Source: a virus (taxonomy: Duplodnaviria; Caudoviricetes). From it: a stretch of 45,940 bases of DNA. The DNA is taken from positions 1-45,940 of IMG/VR virus record IMGVR_UViG_3300048578_000393. One strand, given 5' to 3'. The notes beneath the pieces are model-generated. The model had not been told where the DNA came from and did no database searches. It was given only the letters and a program-made list of their open reading frames with translations. The position numbers were made by a program, and so were the translations under genes. Shown in pieces: positions 26,188-35,200 of the stretch. How positions within the stretch are numbered: the first letter of the stretch is position 1; each line of letters begins with the position of its first letter.

Positions 26188-27834
26188 TCAGTCCCTGACG
26201 TCGCCGATGCCGCGCGCGATCGCCATGCCGCGCGCCAGGCGATCCGCCAGCTCCGTCGTGTCCATCTTGGCCAGGGCGTCGTTCAGCCGGCGGCGGAAGT
26301 CCTCGTAGCTCGTCGCCGCCTGCAGCTCGGCGGCGATCGGGCCGAGCAGCGGTTGCGACAGCCGCTCCCAATCGGACGTCAGCTCCTCGGCCAAGCGGTC
26401 GACCTCGGCGACGCCGTCATCATCGGCCACCTCGGCCGCCAGCGTTGCGAGGCAACCGCCGCAGCGACAGCCGACGACGTGGCCGGCGAGCCCGGCGGCG
26501 AGCTTGGCGGGCTTGCCGGCCTTTTTGTCGCCAGGCTGCGGCGCTGGCGTCTTGCCCGGCCTGGCCCCCGGCTCTGCCGCCGGAGGTGACGTGGCGGCCG
26601 CCGGCGGCGTCAGCAGCTCGTCATCCTTCTCTGGCTCCGACAGCCCAAACTTCTCTCGCATCTGCCTCTGGGTGACCTTGAGGCCCATCGGCACGAGCTT
26701 GGCGACGCCGTCGGCCAGCGCCGTCACATCCTCGGGATCCGCGACGTGCCGGGCGATAGTCGGATAGACCTCCTGCGGTCCAAAATTGAGGTCGATGGCC
26801 GGCCGGATGAGATCGCGGTTGAGCGTGATCGCCTCCTGACGGCAGTCGGCGCGCAGGATGTCGAGGCGGACTTCGTTGTGGATCTTGGCTTGGCCGAGCG
26901 AGGAGCCGTCGTCGGCCGTCATCGTCTGGCCGACAATGATCTTGCTGACGTTCTTGTCGATGTACTCGAGCAGATCGCCGAAGACGGCAGCGCCCTGCGT
27001 ACCCGAGACCTCGTGAAACTCAATCTCCATGCCGCTTGGAACGATCGCCGCCGCGTCATTGGCGATCGACGTCACCGCGCGCAGCAGCGTCCGCTTCTGC
27101 TCGTCCGTCGCCGAAGCATGGTACTTGCCCAGGCGGAATGGCATCCCATAGACCTCGGCGAACGCGGCCCAATCCTGCAGCGCGAAGCTCTGGACAATGA
27201 AGGCCCACGCTGCGGTCCGGGCGACGCCGCGCCGGATCGGAATTCCCATCCGCGTCGTCGGCACGTGTCGAATGAACTTTGCCTGAGGAAGCTCCTCCCC
27301 GTCCACCGACCCGTCCACCGCCAGGCGGAGTTGGCGCGCTGAGAGCCGATCGAAGACGAAGAAGCGCGGATCGCGCCAGACGTACTCCACCGGCCGCAGC
27401 GCGCCGGCTTCGTACTCCCACATCATCTCGACGTTGGAGTAGCCTTTTGGCACGGCATCGCCGAGCGCCCCGGAGCCGCCTTGGAATTCTGGATCGGCGA
27501 TCAAGCTCTGGACGAGATCGACGATCTTCGTGGGGCAGCCCTGCGGCGCATTGACGGTGAACTCGATGCCCTCAAGCGCCAGCCGCCGCGTCTGCAGTTG
27601 GCTGGCGTAGTGCATGTAGCGCTCCTCCATCTCCTCGGCGAGGGTGAGGTAGTCGCGGTGGTCGCCCTCCTGGGCGCTGCGCAGGATACGGCCGAGCTTG
27701 TCCGGCGTCAGGCCGGCGGCGACGCGCTCCTCGTTGATCCGGCGCACGCCACCGACGGTCGGCATGGCGATCTCCGTGGAGAGCAGCGCACGGTTGATGG
27801 GCAGGCCGTCGGGCCCGAGGATCGTCACCGCCAT
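26188..27834 (-). CDS. Portal protein, Mu gp29 (DUF935) family
   Basis: LAEEMEER, DA..KGYS..EMMW, DWAAFAEVYGMPFRLGKY, GQTMT. Confidence 0.93.
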   Translation of the reverse strand: MAVTILGPDGLPINRALLSTEIAMPTVGGVRRINEERVAAGLTPDKLGRILRSAQEGDHRDYLTLAEEMEERYMHYASQLQTRRLALEGIEFTVNAPQGCPTKIVDLVQSLIADPEFQGGSGALGDAVPKGYSNVEMMWEYEAGALRPVEYVWRDPRFFVFDRLSARQLRLAVDGSVDGEELPQAKFIRHVPTTRMGIPIRRGVARTAAWAFIVQSFALQDWAAFAEVYGMPFRLGKYHASATDEQKRTLLRAVTSIANDAAAIVPSGMEIEFHEVSGTQGAAVFGDLLEYIDKNVSKIIVGQTMTADDGSSLGQAKIHNEVRLDILRADCRQEAITLNRDLIRPAIDLNFGPQEVYPTIARHVADPEDVTALADGVAKLVPMGLKVTQRQMREKFGLSEPEKDDELLTPPAAATSPPAAEPGARPGKTPAPQPGDKKAGKPAKLAAGLAGHVVGCRCGGCLATLAAEVADDDGVAEVDRLAEELTSDWERLSQPLLGPIAAELQAATSYEDFRRRLNDALAKMDTTELADRLARGMAIARGIGDVRD

Positions 27835-27836
27835 GG

Positions 27837-29489
27837 TCACCCCCACAGCCGGCGGCGGCCGGCGTTGTCGTCATCGTCGCGTGAGTGCGGCATCGGCGGC
27901 CCGGCCAGATCGCAGGCGCTCTGGTAGCCGTAGTCGTGTCGATCGGCGCGGCTGGCGGCGTGCGCAAGCACAGCCGCGACCGCGCTGTCGCCGTGCCGCT
28001 CCTCGCCGTCGCTTCCCTTCACGTGCCCGTCGGAGATCGCCGGGAAGCCATTGCGCAGCACGACCAAGCGATGGTCGGAAACAACATCCTCGCCACCAGG
28101 GAGGATGAAGCTCTGGTCCTCGAGGTCGGCCTTGTAGTCGGGGAAGTGCTGCGCGTACCAAGCGGCCGTGAACATCACGCACTCGACCTGGTCGAGGCCG
28201 AATTCCTGGGCGGCGGCCTCGGCGTGGCTCTGGCCATTGCCGCGCGCGTCGAACTTGGCGAGCCAGTTCGGCAGCGCCCGCAGGATCTCGAACAGGATCC
28301 AGCGCTGCACGTCGAAAGGAACGCGGCGCAGCTCGATCAGGAAGGAGGACCGCCAGCGAGCGACGTCCGCTTCCTGCGCGACGAGGATCGCTGACAGGTC
28401 GCCGTTGCGGCCGAAATCCTGACCGAGCACGGAGGCGCGCAAGGGGTTGAGCTTACGCAGGAGCGGCCGGACCTTGTCCTCGAACCACTCTTTCGCGACG
28501 GCGAGGCGATCGTTGCGGAGGTAGAAGGTCTCGGCCACCGACCATGCCACCGTCGGGACCGAGGCGTCCTGCGCCTTCTGGACGAGGGCGCGCGGCAAGT
28601 AGACGCCCGACGACTTGCGTGGGATCGCCTCCAGCTCCTCGTCGCGCGCCTCGATGCGCGGGCCGTAGGAGCGGACGATCGTCGAGACCCACTTCTCGAA
28701 GCCCTTTTTGTCCGGCGTCCAGAGGCGCTGTGCGCAAGCTTCCTCGCCGAGCATGAGCCGGACGCGGTCATAGAGGCCGTTCTTGATCGCGAGGCTGAAG
28801 GGAATGTGGTGGATCTTGTAGTCGTAGTGGCCTGCCTCGGTGTCCTTAATCAGCAGGTTGAACGGGTTGTCCTCACCGTTGTGAGACGAGATGATGCGGA
28901 TCCGCCCGCCCCAGATCAGAAGCGCGTTGACCGCGTCGAGCACGGCGGAGACGTTGGGATGGAAGGCGGCCTCGTCGATGACGACGATGCCCTGCAAGCC
29001 ACGAATGTTGGCCGGGCGTGAGGATAGGGCGACAACGCGGTAGCCCGAGGCGAAGGTCACCTTATAGGCGGCGATATACTTCGTGCTGCCGTCTGGCTGC
29101 TCATCCGGGAACAGATAATCCTGCACCGTCGCCGCCAGCTCGTGCGAGACGACGAGTGCAAAATGCGCGACGTAGCGAATGAACTCGAGGCCCTTCTCCT
29201 TGGTGTCGCCGATATAGAAGACGTCGGAGCCGCCGCCGGCGCGCGACGTCGCCGCGATGAGCGTGTCGTCGAGAGCCTCGGCGTAGGTGATACCGGTGCG
29301 GCGTCCCTTGGCCGCCAGCTTCAGGGGCGACAGATCCTCGATCCACGCGACCTGATGCGCCATCAGAATGCCGTCGCCCAGCGGATCATGGCCGAGCGGC
29401 AACGCCGAGGGCGCGAAGAACTCGGCGAAAATCTGCCCGGAGGTCAGCTCGGGACCAATGAGCTTGGCGTAGTCGGGTTGAGCGGTCAT
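27837..29489 (-). CDS. Terminase large subunit, Mu gp28 family
   Basis: KGRRTGIT, LSSRPANIRGLQG.VVIDEAAFH, GQDFGRNGDLS, RHGDSAVA. Confidence 0.95.
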   Translation of the reverse strand: MTAQPDYAKLIGPELTSGQIFAEFFAPSALPLGHDPLGDGILMAHQVAWIEDLSPLKLAAKGRRTGITYAEALDDTLIAATSRAGGGSDVFYIGDTKEKGLEFIRYVAHFALVVSHELAATVQDYLFPDEQPDGSTKYIAAYKVTFASGYRVVALSSRPANIRGLQGIVVIDEAAFHPNVSAVLDAVNALLIWGGRIRIISSHNGEDNPFNLLIKDTEAGHYDYKIHHIPFSLAIKNGLYDRVRLMLGEEACAQRLWTPDKKGFEKWVSTIVRSYGPRIEARDEELEAIPRKSSGVYLPRALVQKAQDASVPTVAWSVAETFYLRNDRLAVAKEWFEDKVRPLLRKLNPLRASVLGQDFGRNGDLSAILVAQEADVARWRSSFLIELRRVPFDVQRWILFEILRALPNWLAKFDARGNGQSHAEAAAQEFGLDQVECVMFTAAWYAQHFPDYKADLEDQSFILPGGEDVVSDHRLVVLRNGFPAISDGHVKGSDGEERHGDSAVAAVLAHAASRADRHDYGYQSACDLAGPPMPHSRDDDDNAGRRRLWG

Positions 29490-30157
29490 GTCGGTGGCAC
29501 CGACGGGCCGGACGGCTTCGGCGCCTCGACGGGCCGCTGCCGTATGCCAAGGATCTTGAAACGGATCTCGGCCGCGCGGTCGGCGGAGATGCCGGCTTCG
29601 GTGGCGGCTTCATCGACGGCATCGGCGACCTGCTGAGCCAGCGCGGCGGCCGCCTTCTTCGCCTCCTCTTCGGCGCGGGCCTTGATCTCGGCCTCCAGCT
29701 TGGCCCGGCGATCGGATGAGACCTTCTGCGCCGCGACCGCGGACTTCAGCGCGTCGCCAGCGAACTTCAGGTCCATCAGCGGCGTGCCGCTCTCGCCGGC
29801 CTCGCCAATCGCCTCGAACACGGCCGACTTGATCGCCTCAGCCAGCGCGATCGTGACGTTGTCGGTGTCGCCGGGCTCCAAGCGATCGGTAAGCACCCGC
29901 GAGATCTCGCGGGTGTGTTCCAGGCGCCGGGCGATCTTGGCCAGGCGCACGGAATACCGGCTGAAAGCCCCCTTTGAAATCGGCGTAAAGTCGTCGCCAA
30001 TCTCCTCGGCCCGCGCCGCCAAGCGCCGGTTCAGCTCCTCGAGGATGTCGATCTGCAGCTGGGTGCGCTCGCGCAGCTCGCCGGCGGCCCAGGTGATGAT
30101 GTCCTCGTAGTCCTCGCCGAGCAGCTCGATCGAGGACAGGCGGCCGCGCCCGATCAT
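29486..30157 (-). CDS. Mu gp27 / DUF3486 family (probable small terminase subunit)
   Basis: GRGRLSSIELL...ISKGAFSRYS; directly upstream of the terminase. Confidence 0.85.
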   Translation of the reverse strand: MIGRGRLSSIELLGEDYEDIITWAAGELRERTQLQIDILEELNRRLAARAEEIGDDFTPISKGAFSRYSVRLAKIARRLEHTREISRVLTDRLEPGDTDNVTIALAEAIKSAVFEAIGEAGESGTPLMDLKFAGDALKSAVAAQKVSSDRRAKLEAEIKARAEEEAKKAAAALAQQVADAVDEAATEAGISADRAAEIRFKILGIRQRPVEAPKPSGPSVPPT

Positions 30158-30160
30158 GCC

Positions 30161-30457
30161 TCACACCTCCGGCGACGGACGCTTCACGCCTTCGATGGCG
30201 ATGCGCCGGTGAACGTGGTCGGCGCCCTTGGCGGTCATCCGGCCTACACGGACGGTCCCGGCTTCCACCACAGCGATGGCGCCCAGGTCAGCGAGCACAC
30301 GCATCTCCTCATGCACCCAGTCGCGGGTCCGCGCGATGCCGAAGCTCTCCAGGCTCGCCTGCAGGAGCGCGGAATTGAGCTGGCCCGACGGCTGCTCATC
30401 AAGGGTGCGCAGCATGATGAGGCGCGCTTCCTCGCGGATGATCTTGTCCATGCTCAT
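30161..30457 (-). CDS. Mu gp26-like winged-helix protein
   Basis: EARLIMLRTL...N..LL...L..FG....TRD.V..E...L.DLG...G.KRPSP. Confidence 0.78.
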   Translation of the reverse strand: MSMDKIIREEARLIMLRTLDEQPSGQLNSALLQASLESFGIARTRDWVHEEMRVLADLGAIAVVEAGTVRVGRMTAKGADHVHRRIAIEGVKRPSPEV

Positions 30458-30834
30458 TTGCTGCGGGCCTCTTCCAACATGAAGTCCTGCATCCGGCTCG
30501 CCATGGCCGCGACGGGCTTCAGCCGCTCGTCCATGGTCTCCAGACGACCTTCGAGCCGCGCGATCGCCATCTCCATGCGGTGCGACGTGTCCTTGTCGGG
30601 CAGGTGCTGCAGGTCGGCACGAACGGCGGCGAGCTGTCCTTCGGTCACCCGAACACGCTCCTCCAACTCGGCAAACTCAATCTGCTCCGCCTTGTCGGCC
30701 ACGATGGCGCTCAGTCGCTGCACGTCTTCCTGGGCCTTCGCGCCGGGCTTTGAGATGATCGCCCAGAGCGTGCCGATGAGGCTCGCCGACGCCAGAGCAA
30801 TCGTGAACCAGGGGCTGATGTCGGCGACGTTCAT
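30454..30834 (-). CDS. DUF2730-like protein (N-terminal TM plus coiled coil; Mu gp25-like)
   Basis: TM helix, then E..L..V.ADLQHLPDKD..H.ME...LEG. Confidence 0.75.
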   Translation of the reverse strand: MNVADISPWFTIALASASLIGTLWAIISKPGAKAQEDVQRLSAIVADKAEQIEFAELEERVRVTEGQLAAVRADLQHLPDKDTSHRMEMAIARLEGRLETMDERLKPVAAMASRMQDFMLEEARSK

Positions 30835-31457
30835 CACCGCACCTCTGTCCGCTGGGCCGACCCGGCCGGCGCCTTGTCCGGCTGGTCGCGAGCGCACCAT
30901 GGCTTGGGCTTGCGATAGGTGCCGGCCCCGGCTGGGTCGTAGGGCACGGCGAGATCGCGGGAGATCAGGATGTCGGCGTAGCTCTGCCAGGCGCCGCCGG
31001 AGAGCAGCTCAATGGTCGCGACATAGCGGCCCCAGTAAGGGTCGGGGCCGATGTCCCGGATGCGCACTGCGGCGCCGGTGAGGAGCTTCTTGGCGGCGGC
31101 CGCCGCCTGGCGGCCGGCGACCAGTTCGGCGTCGCACTGGGCGCAGGACTGCGATGTCGAGGTGCGGCAGAGATGGACCTCGGGCGCGTCCACCCCGCGA
31201 ACGCGCACCGAGATCTCGGCGCCGGGGCACGGCCCACGGCCGCAGGGACCATCTCGCATCCGCACCACGATGGTGTCCGCGTCCTGGACCTGCAGCACCT
31301 CGACAGCGTGCGGCCCCGGCCAGCCTCGGCCGGCGGCGCCGGACGGCGTCGCTGACGAGATACCGAGTACCAGGAGGCCGAAGAAGGCGATGAGCACGGA
31401 AACAATCACCAGCGCGGTGGAGAGCACCAGTGCTTTGATGGCGGCCGCGACCGTCAT
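30834..31457 (-). CDS. Membrane-anchored or secreted thermonuclease (SNase-like)
   Basis: N-terminal hydrophobic helix; VQDADTI, VRVRGVDAPE, D.YWGRYVA, LI..DLAVPY motifs. Confidence 0.8.
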   Translation of the reverse strand: MTVAAAIKALVLSTALVIVSVLIAFFGLLVLGISSATPSGAAGRGWPGPHAVEVLQVQDADTIVVRMRDGPCGRGPCPGAEISVRVRGVDAPEVHLCRTSTSQSCAQCDAELVAGRQAAAAAKKLLTGAAVRIRDIGPDPYWGRYVATIELLSGGAWQSYADILISRDLAVPYDPAGAGTYRKPKPWCARDQPDKAPAGSAQRTEVR

Positions 31458-31753
31458 GGCGACGGCTTCCGGTCCGACGACGACTTCCCCCACCCGCATA
31501 ATTCCGCTCCTACAGCGTTGTGTTCCTTGACGGCCTTCGCCGTCTCGGACGTATCTCGGCGGCTCCAGTAGATCGGTCGGGCCGCGTCGCAGAAGTCGAC
31601 ATGGCCCAGGACTTCCGTGATGGTCTCGGGCGCCGGCGGGTCAGTCTCGCCGAAACCCGTCATCGGTGAGCAGGATGCCGTCAGGATCGCGAGCAGCGGC
31701 GCGACCTGCCGCCAGACGCGCGTCCCGCGCCCGATCTTCCTCGGCGTCCGCAT
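31454..31753 (-). CDS. Outer-membrane lipoprotein spanin (Rz1-like); start uncertain
   Basis: Lipobox-like LTAS-C; FC...PIYWS..DT.ET...V.EHNA....LC; overlaps the upstream i-spanin. Confidence 0.65.
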   Translation of the reverse strand: MRTPRKIGRGTRVWRQVAPLLAILTASCSPMTGFGETDPPAPETITEVLGHVDFCDAARPIYWSRRDTSETAKAVKEHNAVGAELCGWGKSSSDRKPSP

Positions 31754-31877
31754 GCTTCAGGGCTCCCGCGACGATGGCGTTCTCGGCCGCCCCTTGAGCC
31801 CGAACTTCGGTGTCACGCTGGATCCACCAGCAGGCGACGCGGATGGCGAGATCGAGGAGGCGGCGGAGCAGCGGCAT
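31641..31877 (-). CDS. Inner-membrane spanin (Rz-like)
   Basis: Hydrophobic N-terminus, Ala-rich helix, ends DDGFRRD; lies in the lysis cassette. Confidence 0.55.
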   Translation of the reverse strand: MPLLRRLLDLAIRVACWWIQRDTEVRAQGAAENAIVAGALKHADAEEDRARDARLAAGRAAARDPDGILLTDDGFRRD

Positions 31878-31879
31878 GA

Positions 31880-32503
31880 TCAGACCTTGGCCGGGTCGAA
31901 GTCGGCGGGCAGCATCCCGGCGCTGGACAGGCGGGCGATCGCCTTGCTGCGCAGCGTATCGCCCAGCCAGCGCGCGATGCCGGGCGCGTTCTGGATGACG
32001 TAGGACTCGAAGTTGGCGATGAGGGGCGTGGTCTGCGGCAGAGACACCGACTGCCCCGCCACCGCACCAGGCGTCACGGCCACCGCGAAGTGGGTCGCGT
32101 TCTTCAGAACCTCGTTCACGATGTACTGGCGCAGCGTGTCCGGGATCCACGCGCGCAGCGCCCAGACGAGCCACAGACCGGCGACTTCAAGCGCGTAGCC
32201 CAGGCCGTCCGTCACCCACTGTCCCCAGGGCACCACCACTCCGCTGCCGTCGGCGGCGAGCGCGGGTGTCGAGCCGAGCGCCAGGATCGTCACGATCAAC
32301 AGACCGGCGCTGCCGACGACGCCGGCGAGACGGGCCGCGAGGTAGCCGAGACCACCGACAGCCATGGAGCCGCCGCCGAACGTGGCGACGGGATAGTTCC
32401 GCAAACGCGGCCGGCGCGGGTTGATTGCCGCCGTGACGTAGGCGCTCCAGACGAAGATCGCACCGAGACAGGCGATGAGAACGGCAGCAAGGAGGGACCA
32501 CAT
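31880..32503 (-). CDS. Multi-TM membrane protein, holin candidate
   Basis: Several hydrophobic helices; directly downstream of the lysin. Confidence 0.55.
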   Translation of the reverse strand: MWSLLAAVLIACLGAIFVWSAYVTAAINPRRPRLRNYPVATFGGGSMAVGGLGYLAARLAGVVGSAGLLIVTILALGSTPALAADGSGVVVPWGQWVTDGLGYALEVAGLWLVWALRAWIPDTLRQYIVNEVLKNATHFAVAVTPGAVAGQSVSLPQTTPLIANFESYVIQNAPGIARWLGDTLRSKAIARLSSAGMLPADFDPAKV

Positions 32504-32504
32504 G

Positions 32505-33080
32505 TCAGCTCACTTTCGTGCTGGAGGGAGCCCCGTCGGCGCTCAGGACGACGGGGCGAATGTTCTGCGGCTGCGCGATGCGCCACTTGGCCCGACGCAC
32601 GGCGACGAGGCCGAAGTCCATGCCTTCGCGCCACGGCTCCTTGGGGAACCGGCGAATGCAGCACATGTCGGACTGATTGCAGCCGAGGACATGGAAGTGG
32701 GTGGCGTCCTCGCCGAGGAGGTCGCCGACGTGGCCGAACGCCTCGCCGTCGACGATGCGCTTGAAAACGACAGTGTCGCCGAGCATCGGCACATCGGCCG
32801 GGTTGCCCCACTTCGCCCAGTTCAAGGCCCACAACGGGTCCTTGACCGGCTCGAAGCCGCTCATCTTGGTCGCCCAGCCCTTGCCAAGACCGCACCAGGC
32901 GGTGCTGTCCTTCAGGTAGGTCTCCTTGAGGCCGAGGAAATCGCCCATGGCGAGAATGAAGGGATTGTTCGCCTCACCCGGCGCCTCGCGCAGGCCGTGG
33001 ATCGCGAGCATCGCGAGCAGCGAATAGGGGCCGGGCTCGGAGTACAGCCAGGCATAGGCGGGAGGCAGGGGAGCAAACAT
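32505..33080 (-). CDS. Probable endolysin, NlpC/P60-like (TIGR02594 family)
   Basis: GLREAPGEANNP.I, D.TAWCG, GHVG, VLG.NQ (Cys-His dyad). Confidence 0.8.
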   Translation of the reverse strand: MFAPLPPAYAWLYSEPGPYSLLAMLAIHGLREAPGEANNPFILAMGDFLGLKETYLKDSTAWCGLGKGWATKMSGFEPVKDPLWALNWAKWGNPADVPMLGDTVVFKRIVDGEAFGHVGDLLGEDATHFHVLGCNQSDMCCIRRFPKEPWREGMDFGLVAVRRAKWRIAQPQNIRPVVLSADGAPSSTKVS

Positions 33081-33107
33081 TTGGCGGCGTCCGTTGGGAT
33101 CGCCGCC

Positions 33108-33154
33108 ACAGTGCCGCCGCGTCGTCTCGAAATGGGGGCTGACATCTGTCAGCC
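33108..33154 (-). promoter_or_regulatory. Late promoter for the lysis/packaging operon
   Basis: GGGGCTGACA-TC-TGTCAGCC at 33135-33154; CACTGT 21 nt downstream. Confidence 0.72.
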
Positions 33155-33206
33155 ACAACCGCCGTCGAGCCCTCGCGCGACGCGAACTCTACAGCCGATC
33201 GGCGCC

Positions 33207-33635
33207 CTAGAACAGATCCCCTTGCCGGGGATCGCGGACCTTCAATCTACGAGCGATCCGCCAGGCCGTTCGCTCGGCGACGCCGGCCCGCCGCGCCGCC
33301 TCGCGCACACTGCCGCCAGCCTCCAGCGTTTGCACCGCCGCCTTGGTTGCCGCCCGCCGGGCGCGGGTGATGCTACCGCTCCAGCCAATCGGTAACACCA
33401 TCACGGTCGCCGGCGTGCGGCCATCGGCGTCAAATACCCGGTAGTGCTCGATGATCGCCCGCGCGGCCTCCTCGCCGACGCAGCGCACCAGCCATCCGCC
33501 CGACCTCAAACGCCCGGGGATCTTGATCCGCGTACCGCCGTAGGCTGCCGCCAGGCGAAGCGCTGCATCCCGGCCCGCGACGGCCGCGATATCGGCGAGC
33601 ACGCCTGACAGGTCGCCGTCGACGGCCTCGTTCAT
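33207..33635 (-). CDS. Mor/C-family late transcription activator
   Basis: LADIA..AG..AAL.LA..YGG..I.IP plus C-terminal HTH (SVREAARRAGVAERTAWR); last gene before the late operons. Confidence 0.8.
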   Translation of the reverse strand: MNEAVDGDLSGVLADIAAVAGRDAALRLAAAYGGTRIKIPGRLRSGGWLVRCVGEEAARAIIEHYRVFDADGRTPATVMVLPIGWSGSITRARRAATKAAVQTLEAGGSVREAARRAGVAERTAWRIARRLKVRDPRQGDLF

Positions 33636-34048
33636 CCCGGCGCCCTCGCGATCATCGCCTTCAGCGCCTCGGTTACGCGGTTGGCCTCCGCCGGCGTCAA
33701 GAACTCGGGCGCCTCCTTGCCTGTCGTGCCCGGCTCCGGCCGCGTTTGTCGCTCGACGAAGGACCTCAGCGCGACTTTGCCGCCATCAGCGACCGCGCCG
33801 ACCTGAGCAGCCTCCTTCCACAGTGCGTAGACCTTGCGGACGTATGGGCGATCGGAATAGGCGTTGCGGCTCTTAGGCGCCCAGCCGAGGCGTTTGAACT
33901 CGACCAGCACGGCCTCCAGCTGGCGCTCCGAGCAGGCTTTCGATGACGTCTGTCCGGTCACGCGACGCAGGATGTCGCGATAGGTCTCGTCGGCCAGCGC
34001 GAGCTGCGACTTCGCGATATGGATCTTCTTGACGAGCGCGGCGGTCAC
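33632..34048 (-). CDS. gemA: GemA (Mu gp16) family regulatory protein
   Basis: KIHIAKSQLAL.DETYR..L...TG..SSK...L..V...FKRLGW; K.YALW; V.EALK.M..R. Confidence 0.88.
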   Translation of the reverse strand: MTAALVKKIHIAKSQLALADETYRDILRRVTGQTSSKACSERQLEAVLVEFKRLGWAPKSRNAYSDRPYVRKVYALWKEAAQVGAVADGGKVALRSFVERQTRPEPGTTGKEAPEFLTPAEANRVTEALKAMIARAPG

Positions 34049-34299
34049 AGTGAGTACTCCTCGCCGGCTTCCTGACGTTCCCGGACCGCCTCCTGGACCT
34101 CCGCCATGAAGGCATCGAGATCCTGAATGCGTTCGTCGGCGCGCACCGCGATGAAGTCGTCGATGTCGCTCCAGATGAGCGCGACGTCGGCAAGGGCGGC
34201 TTTTGCGTCCTCAATCCGGCAGCGCATCCGGCGAAGGGCAAGCTGCGGCGTCCACTTGCTCATCGGTTGATACCGGCTAAGCCTCGTTCTTCTAGCCAT
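34045..34299 (-). CDS. Hypothetical protein
   Basis: 84 aa, GGAG RBS, coupled to gemA. Confidence 0.6.
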   Translation of the reverse strand: MARRTRLSRYQPMSKWTPQLALRRMRCRIEDAKAALADVALIWSDIDDFIAVRADERIQDLDAFMAEVQEAVRERQEAGEEYSL

Positions 34300-34522
34300 G
34301 TCGCTCCTCCATGAGGATCTGGTTGGTGAGGTCGGCGATCCGCCTGCGGATCCGCTCCTGGCGTGAGGAGCGGACGCGGAGATGGACCGACGCCAGCAGC
34401 GCCACGCGCTCGGGGCGCAGCTGCTCCAGACGGCCTGGCGGGCCTGAGAGAGGCGGAGGCGGATCCTCCGCCTCCCGAGGCTGGCAGCGATCGATCCAGC
34501 TCATGCCGTTTCCGGACATCAC
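34292..34522 (-). CDS. Hypothetical protein
   Basis: 76 aa, overlaps both neighbours in the operon. Confidence 0.55.
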   Translation of the reverse strand: MMSGNGMSWIDRCQPREAEDPPPPLSGPPGRLEQLRPERVALLASVHLRVRSSRQERIRRRIADLTNQILMEERHG

Positions 34523-35079
34523 GGCCTCCCCGGATAGAATTCGCGCCGCACCAGTTCGACATCGACGCCCACCGCATCAGCGATCTGTTTCGGCAGCCAC
34601 TTCAATGAGCGGTACGCGCGGATCAGCCGGATTTGGCCTGGGGTGAGCGCCGGAGCGGCGGCGGCGATCGCCGGCGCTTTGATCTCGGGCGTCGGCGTCG
34701 TGGCGGGATCGGGCTCGGGCTCCAACAGCGGTTCACTGATCGCGGGCGCTTCGATCCGGATGGGCTCAGACACCGGGCTTTCGGCGGCCGCCGGCGTCTC
34801 CGACGGCCTCGGCTCTGCCTTGATGACCGGCCGCTTGCCGATGGAAGCAGGCCGTCGCGAGAACGCTCTCGCCACCGCCGCCTCCATCTCGACGTCCCCC
34901 TGGGGCTTAACCCGGGCGGTATAGGCGGCTGACAGGAGCAGGCCGAGATAGACGCGGAGCGGCATCCCCTCGCGCGCCGCCTTCTTTTGAAGCCCGTCCC
35001 ACATCTTGGTGGGCAAGGCGACCTCGATGGTGGTCATCGGCGCCGGCGGCGGCCACGAACGGTCGTAGCCAAGCACCAT
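34519..35079 (-). CDS. Hypothetical protein with ribbon-helix-helix-like N-terminus and C-terminal HTH
   Basis: TIEVALP.K.W..L.KKAAREG...YL..LL; Pro-rich linker; PKQIADAVGVDVELVR. Confidence 0.6.
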   Translation of the reverse strand: MVLGYDRSWPPPAPMTTIEVALPTKMWDGLQKKAAREGMPLRVYLGLLLSAAYTARVKPQGDVEMEAAVARAFSRRPASIGKRPVIKAEPRPSETPAAAESPVSEPIRIEAPAISEPLLEPEPDPATTPTPEIKAPAIAAAAPALTPGQIRLIRAYRSLKWLPKQIADAVGVDVELVRREFYPGRP

Positions 35080-35080
35080 G

Positions 35081-35200
35081 TCAGTGCCCCTTTCCGGTGC
35101 GACCGAAGCCGAGCAGCAAGGCAAGCGTGACTTGGCCGAGCGCGAAGCCGAAGCCGAACCACGCCCACCAGGGCAGCGTGTTGGTGACGGTTGTGATCAT
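35081..35200 (-). CDS. Small membrane peptide (39 aa)
   Basis: ATGA overlap with the upstream gene; single hydrophobic segment. Confidence 0.5.
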   Translation of the reverse strand: MITTVTNTLPWWAWFGFGFALGQVTLALLLGFGRTGKGH

